Assembly (NCBI RefSeq): GCF_018350175.1
Contig: NC_058368.1
Location: 235,416,001-235,480,000 of the forward strand
Source of the DNA: Felis catus
Taxonomy: Eukaryota
DNA: 64,000 nt
Direction of reading: 5' to 3'
Of this stretch, positions 1 through 12,032 are shown in pieces. Below the pieces are notes generated by a model. It made no database searches, was not told the origin of the DNA, and saw only the letters and a program-made list of their open reading frames with translations. The position numbers were made by a program, and so were the translations under genes. The first letter of the stretch is position 1. The number at the start of each line of letters is the position of its first letter.

Positions 1-356
1 GGTTTTTTATTCCAAGTATTGGCTCGAGGTGCTGGTTCTCGAACATGAGAGCAGCACCTCTGGTTCCCCCCAGGCGTTGGATGAGATCTTGGCCAGGCAG
101 GGCACAAGGGTCTGACCGACGCCAGGAGAGACACGTGCTGGGACGTTGTGTTGCCCTGGCAAGGCCAGAACACTGGGGTCCTGGATCCTGCACCCAAACC
201 TGAGGGCGGGGAGGAGAACAGAGGTGCAGTGGGAGGGGCGCCTCTACCAGCCCGCCCGAGTAGGCTCACATCCTTGAATCCTAGTCCTTACCACTCACCA
301 CATAACCTTGGCTTTTCCCCATCGAGGACGAAGCGTATGGGAGGGAAATCCCACGG

Positions 357-519
357 GGCTGTGGACTGGATGTCTACGACTCTTCAAAGTCATATGTTGA
401 AATCCGAATCCCATCATGCCCACTGGGAGGTAATTAGGTCATGAGGGTGGAGCCTCATGAATGGGGTTAGTGTCCTTATACAAGAGACCCCAGTGCGCTC
501 CCTGTCCCCTTTGGCCATG
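357..519 (+). mobile_element. MaLR LTR fragment (MLT1A-like, 5' part)
   Basis: catatgttgaaatcc...gggaggtaattaggtcatgagggtggagcctcatgaatggggttagtgtccttata resembles the MLT1A consensus. Confidence 0.8.
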
Positions 520-2079
520 GAATTAAGTAGCCTGCCGAGGTTTCCCCCTACCGATGAGTTTAATCCCCCTCTTTAGTGCGGGCTTGAACCTGCCTGTGGT
601 TAGTCTAAGGACAGCAGCCAGGCTGTCTCATCACAACGTGACTTCACTGCTATAACTGACCTGATGAACCAAATCAATGTTTTTTTTAAAAGGCAGCCTA
701 AAATATCAAAAACCTGCGATATTCATTCCGCATACGTCCTTTTGACAAATTTCCCCTTGGAATGTCAGAGAATGTGGACACTTCTTCCGGATGTGACCTG
801 AAAGGAATTATTGTGTGAGTCAGGGTGGTCAAGGTGTTTTGTACTGACAGGGCAGAGGGATTCTCTGAGCTGCCTCTCTTCGTTGGATCAGGGACGCCGT
901 GTCTCCTGTCTCGCAAGGTCCTTCGGTTCCGCAGGCTGCGCGGGGATGAACGGGGACGAACAGGGTCGAGGAGGGCTGTGCGGAGATGCCCTCACTGCAG
1001 ACGAGGTTGCATCCACATGTCCTTTGTTTCCATGACCTGCATGCAGCAAGGTAAGAGGTCTCTTAGCGCCTCCGTGGTGACGTCGTGCTTTGTTTGTATA
1101 TTTGGGGCTGGCTTATTTTGCTTTTAGGTGTGGGAACATTCCGTGTCCAAAAGGGAGTCTCTGTTTCATGATCACAGGCTATTTACGTTTGAAAGCATTT
1201 CACGGAGTAGAGCTCGCTCCTGTTTCTCAGGAATGCCGCCCTCTTTGCCCTCCGTAATATCTACAGCCTCCAGTTTGAGAAAAGACCACGGTGTTCTTTG
1301 GTAGGCACTCCCAGGAAGTGACAACCTCGACGGTTGTCACATCGTTCTGAAGGTAGATGTTTCAAGTGTGTGGACTGATTGGATTTTGCCTTCTCTGAGG
1401 ACTAAATATTAGATGTTACGGTCGTAAGTTATTTCTATGAAGACTATAGAAATGCACACACAAACATAGGCAAGTATAGTCCGACCTATGACTCTTCGCG
1501 GTTGAAAAACGGGCTTTTTATTTTTACAGCGAGCATCTAATTCAGAGGCTTTACAAATAATTTACAAGGCTTGCGCAAGGAATGGCACGTTCTCCAGAAT
1601 TTTGCAACACTGAACTTTAATTTATCCTTGCAGGAACGACTGTGGAATTTGCCGAGACGATTTTCACAGAAAAGCGAAATGTGATTTTTGTCCTCAAATT
1701 TCTGATAATTGAGTAACTTGAACCTCCGTGACCTTAACTTCCAAATATTTTGGCCCCATTAAACAAAATAAAGTTGATTGGCTGGTGATGTCAAGCTCTG
1801 TGGATGCAACCATCCATCCACCCTTCTTTTACCGCCATTCGGTCATGTGTTCGTTCTCAACACGTAGTACGTTGGGTTCTCCTGATGTGAATAGTGTGGG
1901 GAGGTGTGTATCGTGAGCCATGGCTCATTCCTTCATTCCCTCTCTCAGGTGCAGATTAATTCCATTTCAAGAGGTAGAGGCAGATGCAGAATTAGAAGAA
2001 TGGCGGGGATCTCGGAGATGGTCCGAGGCCACCAGTGTGTGCGTGGGTGGAGCCTTGGGGACTGACGTGGAAGTGACGG

Positions 2080-2442
2080 TACCAGGGACCGCATGCTTGT
2101 GTCCCCCCCTCAGTGCATGCATTGAAGTCCTGCTCTCACTGTGACGGTATCTGGGAGGGGGGCTCTTGGGAGGTGATAGGGTTAGATGAGGTTGTGCGGG
2201 TGGGGCTCCCACGAAGGGATTGGTGCCCTCAGAAGGGGAAAGGGTACTAGCTCTCTCTGTGTCATGCGAGGACACAGCAAGAGGATGGCCCTCCATAACC
2301 CAGGAAGCCAGCCTTCCCCAGAACCCGACACTGCGGGCACCCTGCTCTCAGATCGCCAGCCTCCAGAGCTGTGAGCGACTGTTGGTTGTTTAAGCCATCC
2401 AGTCAGTAATAACCTGTTAGAGCAGCCTGAGCCACTGAGGCA
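2080..2442 (+). mobile_element. MaLR solo LTR (MLT1A-like)
   Basis: gtgtcccccc...gggaggtgatagggttagatgagg...gaggacacagcaagagg...cagcctccagagctgtgag...ttgtttaagccatccagtc. Confidence 0.8.
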
Positions 2443-3924
2443 GGCAGTCTCCAAGCAGGCTGTCAGACAGAGCTTCTTAGCGGTCTGACTGTTGGCACAA
2501 ACTGGGGAGCAGGTGCACGTGTGGTGGGAACCCCGGGGCCACCTCACCATCGCTGGGGCCTGTGGCGGGGCCGGGGCGAGTGTCGTGGACCAGCCTCGGG
2601 GAACCAAGGGCATCTGAGAAAGTTGTCCATAAGCAGACACTGCTGGTCAGGGCAGAGTCGGCGAGGATACCGATAGCATAACAAGCAGGCTGACTGGCCA
2701 AATTAGCACCGACATGACCACCAAACTGTAACCATCCGACGAAGCGATTTATTTTCTTGAGGAAAAAGAACAAATCAGTCCATGGGCTGAGTCCAGCGTT
2801 AAACGCACACTTCGGTCCTACAGGGAGTGATATTAGTGGTTAATGTTCGGCCAGGGCGCTTTTCAATGAATCATCTAAGATGAGAGGGATCACAGATTTC
2901 CGGGCTCCACGGGGCAAGCTTTTCTCTTGAGTAATTTAAGATGAAAAGTAACTTTTGAAAAGGCTGACTCCGTGATTTTCTTAAATGAAGAAATATCAGA
3001 AACATGTACAATTACAAGACTTTTTTTTGAAAACAACATCAGTGGGGTTTCACCATCCTATGATTGAGGAGACGTGTTTGGGGCACTGATGTGTCACTCC
3101 ACAGGGGGGCAACAGTGCCTGACGGTGTTTATTTATTGAAAACTTAAAAGAAGTACAAGACCATCGGGATGATTTTACAAAGAAAATCAAATAGCAGTGG
3201 GGCTTTAGCGCACTGTCCAAAACCAATGTTTAGAATAGGATAAAGGAAGCCCAGAAATGCAACAGAATACAAGTCCCTGGGCTTTTTCATTAAGATGTTT
3301 ATCCCGGGTGGGATCGCGTTTCCTTTCTTCTGAGAGTAAAGCCTTGGCACAGAGGAGCCCCCCCTCCTCTCTTGGTCCAGAGCAAGGCCTTTTCTTCATT
3401 TGAGACGTTGGTTGGCCTCTAGGGGGAGCTCCGGCTCCCGCCCCTTCCTCGCCTCCCTCTCTGCATGGAGGAAACACAGCCAATGCCAGTCCTGGTGGCC
3501 TCAGGGTGTATAGGTTGTCACGTTTAGCCCCATAATGAGTTGGCATCGTGATGAGCCTTGAGGGGCGTACCCCAGCCCCGCCGACGCCTTGAGGTGCGCA
3601 GAACGGTCTGCTGCCCAGAGGCCAAAGAGACTGCCTCGGTCTGACCACATTCCTCCCCGCCACCCAAGGTGGGGCAGAAAATGGACTGGGGGTCAGTTAG
3701 GGCTGCTTAGATCTCAGCTGGACTTCTTAACGGCTGGCTGATCCTGAGTCAACGCTCACACACTCTCTGCCTCGTTTCCCCCCCCACCCCCCACCGTCCG
3801 TCACAGATGGAGGTGACTGATCACCCCCACCCCCACCCTTGGTCGTGGGATTGGTTTGAAGACTAACTGAGGAAGCTTACAGAGACCTATCATCCACGGC
3901 AGCCTCGCTGCCATATGTAATATG

Positions 3925-4490
3925 AAAAAGAAAAGCTCTTTCAACAAGTGGTGCAGGAACCACTGGGCGTCCCCACAACCACAACTGACCCTCGCGTCTC
4001 CCACAAACACCATCCCGGCGTGGATCACAGACCGAAGGAGAAAGCCTAGGGCTGTAAAACTTCGGGAAGAAAGCATATGAGAGAATGACTATCTCTTGCC
4101 TTGGATAAGGCAAAGACCGCTCATGTCCGACCCCGAAAGCACAATTCATAAGCTGGAAAATGAATTAATTGGACTTCATCGAATGGCAAGGTTCTGGTCT
4201 GTGGAAGATGCTGTTGCGAAAATGGAAAAACAAACAACCCAGGCCGCAGATTGAAAATGTTTGCCAAACCCATGTCTGATAAGGGGCTCTTGTACAAAAC
4301 AACCAAAACTTGAAAACAAGAGAATGAGCAATCCAATAAAAGTGGGCAACAGATTTGAGAAGACGTTTCGCCAGAAAGATGTGCCAGTGGCCAGTAAGTA
4401 TGTGGCCTGAGAGGGCTCCGCACCGTCCCACGTGAGGAAAACGCCAATTCTGAGCCTGTGATGAGGTACTGACTCATCCCTGGTTGGACA
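3925..4490 (+). mobile_element. Old LINE-1 (L1M) ORF2 3' fragment, decayed
   Basis: ctctttcaacaagtggtgc, aattggacttcatc, tctgataagggg and aagtgggcaacagatttga are L1 ORF2 landmarks. No intact frame. Confidence 0.75.
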
Positions 4491-4807
4491 CCCTCGGGCC
4501 CTGACGTCCTCCAGCCCCGATTCCCCCAGGGTGGCACAGGGCAGGGCCAGGTGGTGGGAACCAGCAAGGAGAACGCAGTGCAGGGAGTGGAGTCCCAGGT
4601 GCCAGGTGGCATCTTTGCAAGGACAGGAAGTGGGGCAGAGAGTCTGATCCCTAAGACGACTGAATACACCCCTCCAGAAAGTGGCGGCAAGAAAAGTCTG
4701 AGCGACGGTTAGGTGGCCAGCTTAAGTGTCCTCTGCCGTCACCAACGTGATGGGCATTAGAGGAGTGCAGGTCGGTGGTGAAACATAATTGTGGTGAAAC
4801 ATCTATC

Positions 4808-4990
4808 GTGGTGAAACATAATTGACATGTAAGGTGGCATTAGGGTCACATGCACAACATGATGATTTGGTATTTGTGTAGATCGTGAAACGCTCACCAC
4901 AGTGCTTCGACTTAGGATCCGTCACCACACACAGTGACACGTTTTTCCGTGTGATGACAATCTTGAAGATCTGCTCTCTTAGCCAGCGGT
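4808..4990 (-). mobile_element. LINE-1 3' end fragment (L1MA9-like)
   Basis: ataattgacat...acaacatgatgattt...caccacacacagtgaca...gtgtgatga...aagatctgctctcttagc. Confidence 0.65.
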
Positions 4991-5361
4991 CCCACGTCCT
5001 TGTAAAAGTCTGAGTTGCCCTGTGTGCGTCTCACGCCTTCTGCACACTCTCCGTGCTTCCTCGGCACACTTGCGTGCATCTGAAATTCACCCCCAAATTC
5101 TCCCCACAAAACTAACTTTCCGGGAAGCTGGAAGTCTCTTTCTCTCCTGCTGCTGAATGCTCGACCTCGAGACCCAGCTCACAGGCACGTGGCAGGCGTG
5201 TCCCTAGAGTGGAAAGGGGCTGGACTCGACAATGACAGGTACACCGCGAAGATATCGGGACAAAGCTTGAGTCTCTCCTTCGCAAAGAGCAGGTAGCATT
5301 TCACAGGACTCTACTGTAATGGGCTTTAAAAAAAAATTAAGCACTAAAATCCTTTCTTCCA

Positions 5362-5529
5362 GGGGCGCCTGGGCGGCTCGTGCGGTTAAGCGCGTGAGTC
5401 TTGATTTCGGCTCCGGTCACGATCTCACAGTTGGGGAGTTCGAGCCCCACGTCGGTCATGCTCATTCATAGTCTCTCTCTCTCTCTCAAAATAAACATTA
5501 AAAATAAATCAACAAATCCGTTGATTAAT
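5362..5529 (+). mobile_element. Can-SINE (SINEC), internally deleted
   Basis: ggggcgcctgggcggctc head, gttcgagccccac B box, (CT)n and A tail. Flanked by degenerate TSD taaaatcctt...ttccagg. Confidence 0.9.
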
Positions 5530-7627
5530 TAAAATCCTTGTTTCCAGGCGTAGGCATACGCAGAAGCCCGATAGAGGCTGCTGAGACCAGCAAGCCTCCG
5601 GTTGACATATAATCCCGATTCCCAAGCCCCCTCAGGGGGGGCTGCTGGGTCTGGGAGCAGCTTCCCGAAGCCAGTCGCCACCCTCACTTTCTCCCGGGGA
5701 GGTTCCCTGCATCCACTACCGGTGGGTGAGTTCACTTCTTGAATGGAGTAGGGCTTTTCACATCCACGAGTTTGTAATCACCAAGTCCTTTTCCAAAGGC
5801 TGGGAAGAAATATACAAAATGCTTAGGAGTGATTATTTCCAGCTGATGGGCTAGTGAGGGTCTTTTTTTTCCTTTTGTTTTGCTCAGTGCTTTGCAAATT
5901 CACCTACAGTGAGTATGCAATCACTCCGTAATGGGGGGAAAGTGGAGCGGGCTCTTCTCTTTGGCAAGCTGTCCTCCACAGAGGCCACTGCCAGAAGGGA
6001 GGCCCGGCCACGGCGGGCTGGTGCTGCCGGAGAGGGAGGGCTCCCGAGGGATTGTGGCTGACAGCGATGGCTCAGCTTTGCTCCAAGCAGATGGAGATTT
6101 CGCATTAAAGATCCTCCAAGGAGCCGTTTTCCTAATTGGTAACCAATGAAACTGTCTTCGGGAAAAACAGTTTTTCTATCGCCTTCGTTTCTCTGCTTCG
6201 GGCCAGCGTGAGTCCTGCACCCCCGCAGATCCCTGCTCGCGTCCCAGGAACACGATTGAGATGTTTGGGTCACAGTCGGGCCTTGGGGAGACCTCGTCTT
6301 CATACGCGTCGTCGTGGTTGTGTGCACATGTGTATGCGTGACTCTGTGTGTGTGACCGTGTGCGTGTGCAGTGGAGTTTAACGCTCACTACGGCCGGGTG
6401 TTTCGCCTCCTTTCTGCGAAAAGGCTGGAGCAGGGACAGCCCTAGGCAGGAGTACAGTCGGAAGCGCTCAGCTCCCTGTCCCCCACGGCCCAGTCCCACG
6501 GGTGGGGGGGGGAGCACCCCAGCCTCAATCTTCTCATCTGCCCAAAGGGGAGAGGCACTCTGTCCTGCCCACATCACCGGCTTCCTCTGAGGATCGAACG
6601 AGCCCACGTGGGCAAAATAATTCTTCTATGTTATGGAACATAAATGTGCTGGCAATGGCAAAAGTGTGAGACAGAGTTGGAACTCACGAAACACCGCATC
6701 TCTTTCTGCTTCGTTACCCGAGGGGTTGATCTTTAATGCACTAGGAGGGACCCTGCGGCGTGCAATGGTGGTGATCCCAGCCCGAGTGCTCTCGGTTCTC
6801 GGGGGCCCTCTCGCAGAGGATGTTGCTGTGACTGTGGACAGCAAGCTGACCCCTCTTACGCCAGGACAGGGTCTTGATTTCCTTAGAATCTCGGTGGTGG
6901 GAGTGTCTCTAGTGAACGAGATGGAACCCGGGCCAGCACATCTAATGTTTCTGTGACTGTATCTCCCTAATGCCCAAACCACTAGATATCAGTAGAAACT
7001 AATTTTCTTGGCATTTGCGAGACCCAAAGTATCCTGATTTAAACTTGAGCAGTAAGGATGTGCCGCTGCAGCCAGCGAGGAAGTTTTATATCAAAACAGT
7101 AACACACGAAAGTCTGCGTCAGCACATCTCACCCCGGCCATCGCCAGGCAACGTGCGCGCGGGGCCTTGGCCTCGTGGGCGGAAACCGTCCCCAGGGTGG
7201 TGTCTGGGGCGGGCTTGGGGTCCCCAGGGGCTAGCTCATGACTCTCAGGAAGCCCTGGGGGGAGGTGCTGTCGCGATGCCCGCCTTCCAGACCATGGCAC
7301 GTGTCCTCGTGTTTGTCCCGATCCTTCCCATCTGGTGGGGGCTGAATCAAAGGCTGAATGCCCAGTTGGACCCTGCCGGAACATTCCCTCTATGGGCCCA
7401 GCTTATGCGTCCTGTAATCACCGCTCCCCTTGTCATCTGCCAAACCTCAGGATGGCCCAGGCTCCTGTGGCTGTTCCCTGGGCTGCCTTACCACCCCCTG
7501 GTCGGTTGAGTTTTCATCCTCTCCCTCACCCGATCTACGAAACCCTTGCATTATGTCTTCTCTGTCTTTAAACACTCAGCTTATTAAAAAAAAAAAAAAA
7601 AAAGAATTATATATATATATAAAAAAA

Positions 7628-7827
7628 GGGCACCTGGATGGCTCATTGGGTTGAGTGTCCAGCTCTTGATTTCGGCTCAGGTTGTGGTCTCACAGTTATG
7701 GGATGGAGCCCGTGTTCACACTCAACACAGAGCCTGCTTGACATTCTCTCCCTCTCCCTCTGGTCTCCCTCCCCACACATGCACTCTCTCTCTCTATCTC
7801 TCTGAAAATAAAATAAAATAAAAAATT
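7628..7827 (+). mobile_element. Can-SINE (SINEC)
   Basis: gggcacctggatggctca head, CT tract, (AAAAT)n tail. Confidence 0.9.
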
Positions 7828-7884
7828 AAACACTCATCATGGTTTTCATTGTCCTGGTTGCACCCTGCCTGATCCACAGAAGGA

Positions 7885-7960
7885 ACGTAGGCACAGAGAG
7901 GTTAAGTAACTTGCCCGAGGTCACACAGCTAGTACGCAGCAGATCTGGGACCTAAACCAA
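7885..7960. mobile_element. MIR core fragment
   Basis: ggcacagagaggttaagtaacttgcccgaggtcacacagctagt is the MIR core. Confidence 0.85.
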
Positions 7961-8622
7961 AGAGGCAGCTCCGGGTCCTAGGTGGCAGGCATTCTGTTTG
8001 CTCACGGGGGACTGTCGGAGACAAACATCAGGTGAACGTAGAGAAAGGAACCCGGGGGACCCTGGCCGTGCTGGTGTTCACAAAATGCTTGCGTAGGACG
8101 GTGAGAACCCCACTGCAGCTGCTGTGAGAGCTCCAGCCCCGCCTCAGGCACCCCGCTCCCAGCCCTCACTGTCACAGCTGGTGGCTGCCATGGCCACACC
8201 TGCCCCGCGGGGCGGGGCTCCCCCTTCCTGTCACCCCTCAGCTTGCTGTGCTTTCCACCTGGGCCCTCTGCTCCCTCTCTGGTTCTCCCCTCACTTGGGC
8301 TGCTGGCATGGGGGTGGGGGGCAGCGGGAACAGGGGCAGTGGGGCTGCCTGTGCACATCAGACTTTGTTCAGGTCTTTCCCAAGGTGAAGTCTGCGTACT
8401 TACGTGTTTCATAGCCATGTAACACGTATAAAATGGTCCCCCTGCTTTTGCTGGGTTTCCACTGTCCGTATCGGTGCGTTACTGATGAGGGTGTTTCATC
8501 CCTTACCACTGCCCCCATGGCCCCGTAAGCCCTGTCGTCGTCACTGCGTGATCTTACCCAGCTTGGTGATTTTTAGCAACAGCCACGCCATATTGTAACA
8601 GAACCGCCATATATACTTTCAA

Positions 8623-8652
8623 GCGCGCGCACACACACACACACACACACAC
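8623..8652. repeat. (GC)n(AC)n microsatellite
   Basis: gcgcgcgcacacacac... read directly. Confidence 0.9.
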
Positions 8653-8981
8653 ATGTCCACATTTGCATACACAAAACTGCACACATCCACGCTTCACGTG
8701 GCCCGTCCACTCTGCCTTTTCAGCCAGAGGCATGGTCCTTGTTCCCCACGCAGAGCCTCCGTGTGAGAGGAAGGGCAGCGAGGGGCAGCTCACGCCGGCT
8801 CACATCTCGTCTGCCTTCTGCCGTGTGACATGATCGACACAGCCGTGGTGGGGACTGACACCAGACTCCTCACGGTCCCATCAGTGACCACTTCACCACC
8901 TCCCCATTTCTTGCCGGAAACTCGAGGACACGTGTATCACGCGCCGAGACTGATCATGAAGTCGAAGCTAGGGCCACTTTA

Positions 8982-9100
8982 TTTTTTATTATATATATTT
9001 TTTTGCATTCAATGTTTTATTTTTTTAATTTTTTTCCAATATATGAAATTTATTTTCCAATTGGTTTCCATAGAGCACCCAGTGCTCATCCCAAAAGGTG
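8982..9100 (-). mobile_element. Heavily 5'-truncated felid LINE-1 (L1_Fc-type 3' end)
   Basis: aatatatgaaatttattttccaattggtttccatagagcacccagtgctcatcccaaaaggtg resembles the reverse of the cat L1 terminus. Perfect 12-bp TSD agggccacttta at 8970-8981 and 9104-9115. Confidence 0.85.
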
Positions 9101-9131
9101 GCGAGGGCCACTTTAAATAGCCAGTTCCCAA

Positions 9132-9349
9132 GGGGCACCTGGGCGGCTCAGTCGGTTAAGCATCCGACTTCGGCTCAGGTCTGATCTCACCGTTTGTGAG
9201 TTCGAGCCCCGTGTCGGGCTCTGTGCTGACAGCTCGGAGCCTGGGGCCTGCTTCGGATTCTGTGTCTCCCTCTCTCTCTGACTCTCTCCCGCTCACACTT
9301 TGTGTCTCCCTCTCCCTCAAAAATAAATACACATCAAAAAAAAAAAAAA
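9132..9349 (+). mobile_element. SINEC_Fc-type SINE, full length
   Basis: Full head, gcttcggattctgtgtctccctctctctct body, A tail. TSD ttaaata(g/c)ccagttcccaa at 9113-9131 and 9350-9368. Confidence 0.95.
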
Positions 9350-9577
9350 TTAAATACCCAGTTCCCAATTCTGTCCAAACTGACCCAAATAAAACAATTA
9401 GTAGACTCACTGTGGTCAGAGGATATTGGACGGTATGTTCCCTCAGTGTCAGGGCTCATGGCCCCTCGTTCTTTTTCTCAGCTGCCCCCACGTGTACCTG
9501 CTGGACCGTGGGTAAGTAGGTAGCTCTGGTGAGAAGACCGCCATGGTGGCGGCAGCCTGATCCTTGCTGGTGGCCAC

Positions 9578-10317
9578 TGTGGCATCCTGGGTAGTCAGGA
9601 TCCTTTAACAGTTCGGAATATCTCGTAAGAGAGCACGATTTGAGGAGAAGGGGTTAAATCCTACAGCCAAATCTGCATATGTCACCAATTACGCCATAGC
9701 AGGAGGCATCCTCATGTGATAGGAAAGATGGGATTCAGCAGGCAGAGAGGGAAAGGAAAGGACCTGTGGTCCCAGGGTGGGGAAAAACACATATTCTGGA
9801 ACAATGCTGGGAGTGTTGGACCGCAGCAAACCCCTCGGGCATAAGGTCCCTCTTAAGAATGCAACAGACCCCACCTACTCCCCCTCAGGTTCCCCTTAGG
9901 TATGTGACAATCAAGATGCCCAACTAAAACCGGTGAACCATAAAACTTCTGTGAGACGAGGGACGGTATGACCAATCTGATTCCTCACACGGTGGAGTCC
10001 AGCCAGTCAGGAACGGACAACCCAGCACCTAGAGTGATCCAGCCAGTAAGGGGGGGGGGGGACCTGAGAAGAACCAGGGGCAAGGGACGGGGGGCTGACC
10101 AAGACCTTCTAAAACAAGGACGCTTGCCTCTGGTCCACGGGCATCCACTTTTGAAAGCCCCCTCTCTGCAAAGAGAGCTTCCCTACCATTTTTCCTTTCT
10201 AACCTTACTCTTTAATTAATAAACTGTTTCCTGCCCCTCACTTTGTGTCCGCCTCTTCCTTCTTCGAAGCCGCGAGACAACGAACCCCGGGTATTGAGGT
10301 AACAAATCCCCGTAGCA
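9578..10317 (+). mobile_element. ERV solo LTR (ERV1-like; 5' boundary uncertain)
   Basis: TG...CA ends, CCAAT near 9972, AATAAA at 10218-10223, then U5-like ctttgtgtccgcctcttccttcttcgaagccgcgagacaacgaacccc. No PBS or gag follows. Confidence 0.65.
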
Positions 10318-10369
10318 CACACACGGCGTTGTTGGCGTTGGGTTGAGTGCTCTTACCACCCTGCGTCTA

Positions 10370-11161
10370 GTTCCGATGGGGCAGGAGTGGGGCTGGGGGG
10401 TGGGGGGTTTATCCGCACCAAGCAATTCTGCAACACCAGCTGGGCGTCCTACGGTTCGCCTCCATTCTGACAGTACCTGGAGAAAGCGCCAGGTCCCACG
10501 GGTGATGGACGCAGTCCTGCACACCCCTCCCCCAACTTCAGACACCCGTGCCAAGTCTAGGCGGTACCCAGGCTTCCGACCAACCACTAGAGATCGGAGG
10601 TTCCCGGGACCTCCTCCTTGGGTTCAATTCATCTGCTAGAGCAGTTCAAAGAACTCAGAGAAACAATCTACTTACTAGATCCCCAGACTAGCAGCGAAGG
10701 ATACAGCTCAGGGCCAGGCCTACAGAAGGGATGCGCAGGGCCAGGTGTGTGGGAGGGGCCCCGTTCTTCTGCGCCTTCTCCCAGGCGGCCACGTCCCAGC
10801 ACCTGGACACATTCAGCAAGCCGGAAGCTCTCTGAACTCCATCCTCCGGGGCTTTGGCATAGGTTTCATAACACAGCCACAGTTGATTGAGTCATTGGCC
10901 GTTGGTGACTGAACTCAATCTCCAGCCCCTCTCTCTTCCCCAAGGTCTGGGGATGTGGCTGCAAGTTCCAAGCATCTAATCACACGGTTCGTTCTCAGGC
11001 AACAGCCACGTCCTTGGGCTTCCTGAGGGCTCTCCGAAAGTCAGCTCATTGACGTATAAAGGGCACCTTTATCACTCTCAACGCTTGGGAAATTCCAAGG
11101 GTTTTAGGAGCCCTGTGCCAGAATGGGATGTGCGTTTCTTATTATAAATCACAACGTCACG
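10370..11161 (-). mobile_element. MER21-family LTR (ERVL class)
   Basis: Minus strand starts GTGACGTTGTGATTTATAATAAGAAAC...TGGCACAGGGCTCCTAAAACCCTTGGAATTTCC. Internal aagcaattctgcaacaccagctggg and gaactcagagaaaca motifs. Confidence 0.85.
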
Positions 11162-11795
11162 GTTCTACTTGAAAGTTCGGTTGTCCCAGTATTTTAAAAT
11201 TTAGTCTCAGATAAAACAAATCAAGAATCAGAGGAAATTTTGAAATGACGTCAATTTCTTAGACCCACCAAGGGCTGACATTGGGAACGATGATTTATAT
11301 TAAGGCGATTGATTCAGACTGGGGTTCGGATTTCGAGAGAATGAAGAGAAGAGTCCTTTTCTAAGCATGGATAGAAGACGAATGGAATAACGTTGTATCA
11401 GCAGAGGAAGCGTCACAGGAGAGTAGGAGAGTCGCCAAGATGTCAAAGTAACATCTTGGGGGTGATCGGTGGCCAGCGGGCAACTGGAAGGGAACAGCTA
11501 AGTGGGAGCAGATTCTGCAAGGTGTTTACATCGTAACTTCCCCGGAAGTATGGATTCGCGAAGGTGAAAGCGTAAGTCATTTTTCCATGTCTCCTCGACC
11601 GTCAGCGTTTCCTTTCTGCTCACACCACCAAATGAACTGATTTTTGTTTGGGGAGCTCCTTCCTTTGTCATGGTGTGGCATCCATGCTTGGACAGAACCT
11701 TATAGACAAAGAGCATCCCCCTTGCCAGGTGCCAAGGTTGGGCAAGGACTAGTGAGTGTTTGTGGCCAAGTCCACACTTCAGAGTTGTCACTGGA

Positions 11796-12032
11796 GGGGC
11801 GCCTGGGTGGCTCAGTGGGTTAAGCAGCCGGTTTCAGCTCAGGTCATGATCTCGAAGTCCATGGGTTCAAGCCGTGTGTCCGGTTCTGTGCGGACAGCTC
11901 GGACCCTGGATCCTGCTTCGGATTCTGTGTCTCCCCCTCTCTCTCTGCCCCTCCCCCACTCATGCTCTGTCTTTCTCTCTCTCTCTCTCAAAAATAAATA
12001 ATAAAACATTTTTTAAAATTAGCAAAAAAGAA
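11796..12032 (+). mobile_element. SINEC_Fc-type SINE
   Basis: ggggcgcctgggtggctcagtgggttaag head, CT tract, A tail. Confidence 0.95.

Noticed and set aside
3097..3114. CTCF-like ccacaggggggcaac
   Set aside because: Mismatches fall in the central part of the core motif. Too weak without binding data.
9132..9349. tRNA-like A and B boxes here and in the other SINEs
   Set aside because: These are the tRNA-derived heads of Can-SINEs, not tRNA genes.
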